Shown here piece after piece: positions 1 through 6,329 of a DNA stretch of 64,000 bases. The translations under genes and the position numbers were made by a program. The stretch is from a virus. Taxonomy: Duplodnaviria; Heunggongvirae; Uroviricota; Caudoviricetes. The notes under the pieces were generated by a model, which saw only the letters and a program-made list of their open reading frames with translations, had not been told where the DNA came from and did no database searches. The stretch is from positions 170,811 through 234,810 of the IMG/VR virus record IMGVR_UViG_3300037466_002980. One strand, 5' to 3'. Within the stretch, counting starts at the first letter, position 1. Each line of letters starts with the position of its first letter.

Positions 1-339
1 GACAAACATCTTATTTGTATCTTCAAATCTTCCTTTTTCGATAGTATCGAGCCAAATAAACCAGTCTGCATTGAAATGATGTCTCATTTCAATCAATGGT
101 GCAACAAAATCACAAATAACAAAGTCTGTGTTTTCTTGTTCAGCAAGTTCGGACATTCTCTTACTTTGACGGATTCTGCCTTCATAGGAAAAATCAAAAT
201 CATCAAACTTTGTTCTTATCTCGTCAGCGTTGAACCACGAAACTGTCTTATTATTTGTTTCGAGATATTCTTTTAATTTTCCGGCTAAAGTTGTCTTCCC
301 GGCACCGGGTAAACCCATAATTAATATTTTCTTAGGCAT
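1..339 (-). CDS. APS-kinase (CysC)-like P-loop kinase, runs off the window edge
   Basis: Manual translation MPKKILIMGLPGAGKTTLA...WFNADEIR...DFSYEGRIRQ; Walker A GxxGxGKT; absent from the ORF track because it is truncated. Confidence 0.75.
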   Translation of the reverse strand, partial: MPKKILIMGLPGAGKTTLAGKLKEYLETNNKTVSWFNADEIRTKFDDFDFSYEGRIRQSKRMSELAEQENTDFVICDFVAPLIEMRHHFNADWFIWLDTIEKGRFEDTNKMFV

Positions 340-697
340 TTAAATTCCTTTTTTCCCACTTTTCACGTGCCTTCTTAATATCATACTGAATTGCAGCAGC
401 ACAAGAAAATTGCATTCCTATTTGAAAATTACAATGATTTAATTTAAATGGTTTCAGTACTCTATCACCATTCCACCAACGACGTTCGGTTTTTATAAGT
501 CCTTTTTCTTCGAGTTCATTTCGAAGTCTTGTAAATTCTGGATGATCAATACTAGAGTGGCAACTATAATCGCCTTTACCTTGAAGTAATAAAATTATAT
601 CTTCTTCTGTCTTTTCTTTCTTTTCTTTAATGTAATTACCACTATAATGGATTTCTACTGATTTAAGAAATTGTTCGTCAATATAAAATTGTTTCAT
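332..697 (-). CDS. hypothetical protein
   Basis: 121-aa ORF co-oriented with the array, overlapping the next start. Confidence 0.7.
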   Translation of the reverse strand: MKQFYIDEQFLKSVEIHYSGNYIKEKKEKTEEDIILLLQGKGDYSCHSSIDHPEFTRLRNELEEKGLIKTERRWWNGDRVLKPFKLNHCNFQIGMQFSCAAAIQYDIKKAREKWEKRNLNA

Positions 698-710
698 AAT
701 GTTCTATAAA

Positions 711-799
711 TGGCGGAAAGTATAGGATTCGAACCTATGCATCCATTTTCTGAACGACAGTTTAGCAAACTGCTGCCTTAACCACTCGGCCAACTTTCC
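711..799 (-). tRNA. tRNA-Ser(GCT)
   Basis: Cloverleaf; anticodon arm GCAGT-TT GCT AA-ACTGT; long variable arm; GTTCGAATC; encoded CCA. Confidence 0.95.
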
Positions 800-802
800 A
801 AA

Positions 803-1102
803 TTAATTGTTATCCGATTTAGCAATTGCGCTCATAAGACATAATGCATTTATTCGCAATTCTTTTGTTTTTCTATTATCGGGATTTCCAAATACACCCT
901 TAACGAGCGTGTTCTTATTTAATTGATTTTGAAACAAATATGCAATTGCCAGCGATTCCGGATCATTATAATCAAAAAATTTCATTGACATTTGCTTCTT
1001 ATGTTTTAACATGTAAATGGCATGACAAGCATACCTTGCTTTATTGGAAAATACCAATTCGGCTGCTTTTCTATATAATTCACTTTGTTTCATATCTATC
1101 AA
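803..1102 (-). CDS. hypothetical protein
   Basis: 99-aa ORF filling the gap between tRNAs, just downstream of a sigma70-like promoter. Confidence 0.6.
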   Translation of the reverse strand: MIDMKQSELYRKAAELVFSNKARYACHAIYMLKHKKQMSMKFFDYNDPESLAIAYLFQNQLNKNTLVKGVFGNPDNRKTKELRINALCLMSAIAKSDNN

Positions 1103-1115
1103 TATTTGAATCTAT

Positions 1116-1144
1116 ATTATACCGTCTTAAATTTGAAATAGCAA
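1116..1144 (-). promoter_or_regulatory. sigma70-like promoter
   Basis: TTGCTA-17 nt-TATAAT. Confidence 0.7.
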
Positions 1145-1146
1145 TT

Positions 1147-1221
1147 TGGCAAGGGCTGATGTATTCGAAACATCTACAATCACGCTCAGAACGTGACGCG
1201 TCGCCATTCCGCCTAGCCCCA
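1147..1221 (-). tRNA. tRNA-Gln(CTG)
   Basis: TCACG-TT CTG AG-CGTGA; G73; CCA. Confidence 0.85.
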
Positions 1222-1230
1222 ATAAATCTA

Positions 1231-1305
1231 TGGACCCGCTTAGAGGAATCAAACCTCTATCTTAAGTTTCGAAGACTTTTATATTATTCATTATACGAAA
1301 GCGGG
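1231..1305 (-). tRNA. tRNA-Arg(TCG)
   Basis: Acceptor CCCGCTT/AAGCGGG; loop CT TCG AA; CCA; AT-rich D arm. Confidence 0.8.
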
Positions 1306-1312
1306 AAAAATC

Positions 1313-1388
1313 TGGTGGAACACATGGGAGTCGAACCCACCTAATCTACCTTATGAGAGTAGTGCATCAGCCGCTCTGCCAATGTTCC
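1313..1388 (-). tRNA. tRNA-Met (elongator) or Ile2 (CAT)
   Basis: CTACT-CT CAT AA-GGTAG; G1-C72 paired, so not an initiator; CCA. Confidence 0.9.
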
Positions 1389-1393
1389 GAAAA

Positions 1394-1444
1394 CAGGTTA
1401 CGTTTCTTTTTACCAAAATAGAATTAAATTGCCGAATGTAACCT
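1394..1444 (-). ncRNA. C(A/G)GCA-helix RNA, minimal copy
   Basis: AGGTTAC/GTAACCT-G helix; ATTCGGCAA motif; internal hairpin with loop TT GGT AA; same frame as the 3577 and 7249 copies. Confidence 0.6.
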
Positions 1445-1450
1445 TTAAAA

Positions 1451-1526
1451 TGGTGCTGCCTCGTGGAATCGAACCACGTTCACATGCTCTTCAGGCACGC
1501 GCTATGACCACATCAGCTAAAGCAGC
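1451..1526 (-). tRNA. tRNA-Phe(GAA)
   Basis: CGTGC-CT GAA GA-GCATG; CCA. Confidence 0.95.
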
Positions 1527-1527
1527 A

Positions 1528-1797
1528 TTAATCTTTAAAGACATGTATTTCTTCTCTTTTCTTCTTTAATTTAACTTCTTGTTCATCATAATGATGTTCG
1601 AGATAAAGAATTAAACCTTCGTCAAACGTCCAATTATTTTGTTTACAGAAATTACTAAACATTAGGAAATCTTTTGAATATGCTTCCGGCACATAAATTT
1701 TTGATTGTTTTAGTAATTCTAAAAATTCAGTTGGCGGAGTTCTTTTAAGATGACGGAAAACTTTCTCATCTGCATTATTTGAACCATTCTGGAACAT
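1528..1797 (-). CDS. hypothetical protein
   Basis: Track ORF 1528..1881; start reassigned to ATG 1797, which has a GGAAGG SD and a short overlap with the upstream gene. Confidence 0.55.
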   Translation of the reverse strand: MFQNGSNNADEKVFRHLKRTPPTEFLELLKQSKIYVPEAYSKDFLMFSNFCKQNNWTFDEGLILYLEHHYDEQEVKLKKKREEIHVFKD

Positions 1798-2236
1798 CTC
1801 TTTCCTTCCACGATGCAATTTCTTGCTTATATTTTTTATAATAATTTCTATAACTTTGAATAGGATCATCTGTCTTAACATCCCCCGGCATTGCTAATCT
1901 AAAAGGTGTTTTACCGATTGCAGGCAATGCAGGAACAGGTAATATTTGAATAACATCAAATGCCTTATGATTGATAGATTTCTTATATCTATATTGATAT
2001 TCTTTATTTAATTCTGTTGCTAAATCTCTTAACCATAACCAATTATCAAGTGATTCCCTAACCCAAATTGCACTAGGATGATTTTTATGTGTTATCTTGT
2101 AACCTATATCATTTCCCGATAATCTAACTGCTGTACTCAATAATTGAGCATATTCGGTAATCATCTTCACTACATGTTTATCTACATGGTAGGTTGCATT
2201 TAGATAATGATTATTGTCTAAATAAAAAATATTCAT
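1775..2236 (-). CDS. pyrimidine-dimer DNA glycosylase (DenV/Pyr_excise)-like protein
   Basis: MNIFYLD...HVVKMITEYAQLLS...THKNHPSAIWVR motifs of this phage family. Confidence 0.7.
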   Translation of the reverse strand: MNIFYLDNNHYLNATYHVDKHVVKMITEYAQLLSTAVRLSGNDIGYKITHKNHPSAIWVRESLDNWLWLRDLATELNKEYQYRYKKSINHKAFDVIQILPVPALPAIGKTPFRLAMPGDVKTDDPIQSYRNYYKKYKQEIASWKERDVPEWFK

Positions 2237-2430
2237 TCTATGTCTTTAGGACTAACTAAAATCCATCTAACATTTCCGGATGAATCTGAAAATTCTAATT
2301 CAATGCCATATTCGTTAATCTCCGAAATGGATCCTTCAACGCAATCAGAAACTAATTTCTTAATTGCAATTTGATCTTCTTCGGGAAGTCCATTAAGCAA
2401 CTCCGGCGATGCTTGTTTTAGTTTTACCAT
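2233..2430 (-). CDS. hypothetical protein
   Basis: Track start lies inside tRNA-Gly; start moved to ATG 2430 (MVKLKQ). Confidence 0.55.
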   Translation of the reverse strand: MVKLKQASPELLNGLPEEDQIAIKKLVSDCVEGSISEINEYGIELEFSDSSGNVRWILVSPKDIE

Positions 2431-2446
2431 ATGTACTTGATTAATT

Positions 2447-2520
2447 TGGAGCGGGTAACGAGAATCGAACTCGTACGATAACCATGGCAAGGTCACAGGC
2501 AACCATTACATCATACCCGC
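2447..2520 (-). tRNA. tRNA-Gly(GCC)
   Basis: TGACC-TT GCC AT-GGTTA; U73; CCA. Confidence 0.95.
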
Positions 2521-2521
2521 A

Positions 2522-2761
2522 TTATTCTACTAATTTGTTTACTTCTTCGAAACTAATCTCTTGTAATGTTCTTTCGTTTAACCCTCGTCTGGGGTTAGAA
2601 CACATCCAACAACTACATGGTTTTGGTGTATCTACAACCATTCCGAGTTGCCTTCCCGGATCTAACTCATTATTAATATGGTGCAAATCTTTACCCCAAT
2701 AGAAACGACGTTTTTTCTTTAATCTTTCTATATGAGCTCTTCTTTCAGATCTATCTCTCAT
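2522..2761 (-). CDS. small basic protein with CxCxxC motif
   Basis: AGGAG SD; TPKPCSCWMCSNPRR. Confidence 0.75.
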   Translation of the reverse strand: MRDRSERRAHIERLKKKRRFYWGKDLHHINNELDPGRQLGMVVDTPKPCSCWMCSNPRRGLNERTLQEISFEEVNKLVE

Positions 2762-2771
2762 ATTATTCTCC

Positions 2772-2862
2772 TGGAGGAAGAAGGACGTATCGAACGCCTA
2801 CCGAAAAATATCGATACCTCTGTTTTCGAAACAGCGATGGGGACCTCCCCACAACATCTTCC
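2772..2862 (-). tRNA. tRNA-Ser(CGA) with Sec-like, (8/4)-type fold
   Basis: Acceptor GGAAGATG/CTTCTTCC; 6-bp D stem with 4-nt loop; loop TT CGA AA; long V arm; 4-bp T stem; CCA. Confidence 0.75.
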
Positions 2863-2871
2863 GATAAAATC

Positions 2872-2945
2872 TGGTAGGTCATGACAGAATCGAACTGCCG
2901 TCATTGCCTTGTAAAAGCAAGGTTCTCCCATTAAACTAATGACCC
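2872..2945 (-). tRNA. tRNA-Val(TAC)
   Basis: TTGCT-TT TAC AA-GGCAA; CCA. Confidence 0.95.
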
Positions 2946-2960
2946 AATTTAATACTGTTT

Positions 2961-2989
2961 ATTCTAAATTATTTCAGAATGATTGTCAA
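2961..2989 (-). promoter_or_regulatory. sigma70-like promoter inside the tRNA array
   Basis: TTGACA-17 nt-TAGAAT. Confidence 0.75.
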
Positions 2990-2990
2990 G

Positions 2991-3067
2991 TGGTACCCCT
3001 GGTAAGATTCGAACCTACAACCAACAACTTTTGAGGATGTCCGCACTACCAATTAGCGTACAGGGGC
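2991..3067 (-). tRNA. tRNA-Leu(CAA), short variable arm
   Basis: Loop CT CAA AA; A73; CCA. Confidence 0.85.
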
Positions 3068-3076
3068 ATTTTTATT

Positions 3077-3164
3077 TGGAGTGCCGTACTGGATTCTAAC
3101 CAGTGTGGGATTTTAATCCATCAGTTTTGCAGACTGCTGCCTTCGTACGCTCGACCAACGGCAC
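3077..3164 (-). tRNA. tRNA-Cys(GCA), long variable arm
   Basis: Loop CT GCA AA; U73; V-arm hairpin GGATT-AA-AATCC; CCA. Confidence 0.85.
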
Positions 3165-3170
3165 ATTATT

Positions 3171-3264
3171 TGGTGGGTGTTGTGGGTTATCGAACCACGA
3201 CCCCTATTATCCATATTCACTGGTAGTGATAGATAACAGTGCTCTCCCTCTGAGCTAAACTCCC
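3171..3264 (-). ncRNA. tRNA-like RNA with an extended anticodon arm
   Basis: Normal acceptor, D arm and CCA; anticodon arm is 10 bp + 3-nt bulge + 5 bp with an ACC tip. Confidence 0.7.
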
Positions 3265-3268
3265 AATA

Positions 3269-3472
3269 TTAGAATAAAATTCTATATCTATATTGAATTC
3301 CACCTCGAATATATATTGCACTTGATGAACTCTTATCCTTTTGATAATTTCCATCATTTGTTATAGTAGGAAATAGATCCGAGGTAAGATAAAATTTACC
3401 GTGTTCGAATTGCATTGAAGAACATCCGGTAGATAGTACACCGAACAGTACAATAGATAATAGGCGTTTCAT
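3269..3472 (-). CDS. putative lipoprotein
   Basis: MKRLLSIVLFGVLSTG-C lipobox-like signal; start moved out of tRNA-His. Confidence 0.6.
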   Translation of the reverse strand: MKRLLSIVLFGVLSTGCSSMQFEHGKFYLTSDLFPTITNDGNYQKDKSSSSAIYIRGGIQYRYRILF

Positions 3473-3488
3473 TACATTATTTATTATC

Positions 3489-3564
3489 TGGGCGGTCATT
3501 ACGGTTACGATCCGTTCTTACCTGTTTCACAGACAGGGGTGGTAGCCACTCCACTAAATGCCGC
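3489..3564 (-). tRNA. tRNA-His(GTG)
   Basis: CCTGT-CT GTG AA-ACAGG; G-1/C73; atypical acceptor and T stem; CCA. Confidence 0.85.
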
Positions 3565-3576
3565 ATAAATTCAAAA

Positions 3577-3697
3577 CAGGTTCGCATTTTTTAAGTTCTA
3601 CCGCTAAACTAATGTGGCGACCAACTCACATCCGGGATTCGAACCCGGGCCTTCCTTTTACAATAAAGATATAATTTAAATTTGCTGAAACGAACCT
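3577..3697 (-). ncRNA. circularly permuted tRNA-like RNA closed by the CAGCA helix (Y/YrlA-like architecture)
   Basis: AGGTTCG...CGAACCT-G closing helix; order is anticodon arm, T arm, loop-closed acceptor, D arm. Confidence 0.75.
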
Positions 3698-3702
3698 AAT
3701 GG

Positions 3703-4122
3703 TCAATTCTTTTTTAATTCCTCAATCAATTCTTCTACATTGTAGAATACACCACTGGCAAATTGATACATGACATCCCAACGTTCGGGATTGTCTAATA
3801 GGATATAACCAGGTTTTCCACAACCGATAACGTATCCTAATTCTAAATGTGCAGATTTTCCTGCAGGTAATGCTAGAACTGCGATATCATTTCTGTCAAG
3901 GTGAAATTTATCGAAATTATAGACATGCTTCGCTGCATATCCTTGTAGAGCAGTTTTGTAATCATGCCCCTTTGCTTTCTCGTGATCTCTCCAACAGTCA
4001 TCTGCATTCTCGGAAGCTGACCACCAATCATCAAATACTTCGTGTCCTGCATTTCGCAATTTATTAGCGATATTAACAATTTCTGTATTTCTTAATGAAC
4101 CGATTAAATAAATGTTTGCCAT
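3703..4122 (-). CDS. nucleoside 2-deoxyribosyltransferase-like (NDT/TIR-like fold) protein
   Basis: IYLIGS...GHEVFDDW...D...LPAGKSAHLELGY pattern. Confidence 0.7.
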   Translation of the reverse strand: MANIYLIGSLRNTEIVNIANKLRNAGHEVFDDWWSASENADDCWRDHEKAKGHDYKTALQGYAAKHVYNFDKFHLDRNDIAVLALPAGKSAHLELGYVIGCGKPGYILLDNPERWDVMYQFASGVFYNVEELIEELKKN

Positions 4123-4130
4123 AATGTAAT

Positions 4131-4159
4131 ACTTTAAAACAAATACTTATTTAATGCAA
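4131..4159 (-). promoter_or_regulatory. sigma70-like promoter, probably giving a near-leaderless mRNA for 4122
   Basis: TTGCAT-17 nt-TAAAGT; the -10 box is 8 nt before the ATG. Confidence 0.55.
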
Positions 4160-4279
4160 GATTCTTCATTTAGAATTACGAACATATTCAATATATTGTT
4201 AGAAATTCTGTGATGGGGTTCACTTACGCCGGTACAATCCGGTTCCCATAACCCTCTGGGTAAACATAACAATATAATC

Positions 4280-4357
4280 TGGTACCCAAGGTGGGATTCG
4301 AACCCACACTGTACGGTTTCTAAAACCGGTGTCTCCTGCCAATTGCACTACTTGGGC
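4280..4357 (-). tRNA. tRNA-Leu(TAG), short variable arm
   Basis: CCGGT-TT TAG AA-ACCGT; CCA. Confidence 0.9.
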
Positions 4358-4423
4358 ATAAGGAATAGTAACAGATTCGTTCACATACGGCTCCCGCCTC
4401 CACTGTATATTCCTGTAAAATAT

Positions 4424-4510
4424 TTCAAATAGAATGGTTGTAGTGGACTCGAACCACCTCTCCCGCTTGAATGGCGAGTATCCTGCCCCTAGACGAACAA
4501 CATATTTGAA
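4424..4510 (-). ncRNA. aberrant tRNA-Glu-like RNA
   Basis: D, anticodon (CA TTC AA) and T arms intact; acceptor irregular and extended by TTCAAATA/TATTTGAA. Confidence 0.6.
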
Positions 4511-4636
4511 TTCTTAAGTATGATTACTCATACTGTCCATTGTCACTTCATTGACCTACTTTGATTGTGTTCCTTGCCATCGGTCGACGTTCGTTTCGCG
4601 ACTCAGTTGGAAATAGACTAGCCATACTTAAGAAAT

Positions 4637-4710
4637 TGGCATCCCGGGAAGGACTCGAACCCTCACAAACAGTTTTGGAGACTGTGGTGCTGCCATTACA
4701 CTACCGAGAT
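4637..4710 (-). tRNA. tRNA-Trp(CCA)
   Basis: ACAGT-CT CCA AA-ACTGT; G73; CCA. Confidence 0.95.
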
Positions 4711-4716
4711 AAAAAT

Positions 4717-4792
4717 TGGCTCCGGTGACTGGGATCGAACCAATGACCAACGGATTAACAATCCGCCGCTCTACCTACTGAGCTACACCGGA
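4717..4792 (-). tRNA. tRNA-Asn(GTT)
   Basis: GCGGA-TT GTT AA-TCCGT; CCA. Confidence 0.95.
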
Positions 4793-5296
4793 ATAAAAAC
4801 ATATTCTTTCAAATATTTCTATTGCATTTTCTTTTAAAATCCATTCTCCTGATTCATTTGTTATATTTGGATGTTGAAGTATTTGTTTTTCAACATCCTT
4901 TCTATTAAGAACAAAATCATATTTTTCAATCTTAAATCTTCGAAATGGATCATATGTCTGATATTGATTTAATCTTGTATTTAAATCAAGAGTCATTCCG
5001 ATTTTGTAATGATCTTGATATATCGGATTAGAAATTATATATACCAATCCAGAATCGATATCGTTAAATTTTGCACCATATTGATAATTAACCTTCAATA
5101 ATGTTAATCCGGCTAATCGTCTTGCAAATCTATATTGATTTTTTCTTATTAAACCTTTATTTTTCTTATTAAATATTTTTCCATATATTTTTATATATTC
5201 ATTAAGAATATTATCATTTATTTGAAATATATCTTTAGGAATCACAGAATTCGCTATCATTTCGTCGATAACAATTCTCTCAAATTCCTTCAACAT
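4775..5296 (-). CDS. T5orf172/GIY-YIG family nuclease
   Basis: GLVYII...YKIGMT..L..RL.QYQT.DP motif. Confidence 0.8.
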   Translation of the reverse strand: MLKEFERIVIDEMIANSVIPKDIFQINDNILNEYIKIYGKIFNKKNKGLIRKNQYRFARRLAGLTLLKVNYQYGAKFNDIDSGLVYIISNPIYQDHYKIGMTLDLNTRLNQYQTYDPFRRFKIEKYDFVLNRKDVEKQILQHPNITNESGEWILKENAIEIFERICFYSGVAQ

Positions 5297-5602
5297 TTAA
5301 ACCTTACCTTTTAGAAAATTTGCTGTATCATCTTCATCGATTTCACTGTAGACAGGAATATCTGGATCTCTTCTTCCACCTAACCAACGATATATTTTTG
5401 TCTGATAGAGTGAACTTTTACTTAAAGCAGCATCTAATGCTATTTTATGTCCATCTCTCATAATTTCGATTTTTCGATTACCACTATCATTTTCATAACA
5501 ATGAATATAATACTCCGTAGTATAATATCCATTTGATACCTTATGATTAAATGTTTTTACATGAACAAATTTTTCTTTTTTCTTAAACCAAGGAAAAATC
5601 AT
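5297..5602 (-). CDS. hypothetical protein, paralog of 5599..5919
   Basis: Shared C-terminus RW.GR.DPDIP.Y.EIDE.DTAN.LKGKV. Confidence 0.75.
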   Translation of the reverse strand: MIFPWFKKKEKFVHVKTFNHKVSNGYYTTEYYIHCYENDSGNRKIEIMRDGHKIALDAALSKSSLYQTKIYRWLGGRRDPDIPVYSEIDEDDTANFLKGKV

Positions 5603-5919
5603 ACCTTACCTTTCAGATAATTAGCAGTATCCTCTTCATCAATTTCATCATATTGTGGAATATCGGGATCTTTTCTTCCCAATTCCCACCGTCTAATTTT
5701 TTCATGATATATGGTTCGTTGATTTGCAATATATGCAAGATCTACTTTCTTTTCGTACGTCGAAGAAAATTCAACCTGTCTGTTATCTTTATTAGATTGA
5801 AGTAAATTATAGTAAAAGGTAATATCAACTTCACCATCATGTGTGTTGAGTTTAAAATTTTCAGAAATTATTTTTACTAATTTCCATTTTTCTTTTTCAA
5901 ATCTTTTAAATATCGACAT
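5599..5919 (-). CDS. hypothetical protein, paralog of 5297..5602
   Basis: Shared C-terminus; ATGA stop/start overlap. Confidence 0.75.
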   Translation of the reverse strand: MSIFKRFEKEKWKLVKIISENFKLNTHDGEVDITFYYNLLQSNKDNRQVEFSSTYEKKVDLAYIANQRTIYHEKIRRWELGRKDPDIPQYDEIDEEDTANYLKGKV

Positions 5920-5924
5920 ATTTT

Positions 5925-5998
5925 TGGTGCGGGTACCGGGAATCGAACTCGAGACTTCTGTTTGGAAGACAAATGTTATACCACTTAACTATACACGC
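5925..5998 (-). tRNA. tRNA-Gly(TCC)
   Basis: TTTGT-CT TCC AA-ACAGA; CCA. Confidence 0.9.
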
Positions 5999-6329
5999 AT
6001 TAATTTAGAATGTCAACTATGATTAATTTGCTTTCTTTCGCCACCTATTCCGTCGAAACGGTTTGGACTTACACCATGCTGATAGGCTATTGCATTATTG
6101 CCGGAAGAATTTGAACCATTATCCTGAGCGAAATACTCTGTCGATAGTAATCAGCTATCCTAGCAAATCAAAAAATAATTATAGTCACATGGAAGATTTG
6201 ATATCATGGCGTCCCAAGTATCATCACATTACCACTTACGTCTTCACTATGTAGAACTTCTCCAACACGTAGAGCTTCACACATAGGAGTAGAACCATAT
6301 GACTCACTAGGAGCTACCTAATAGAAAAC

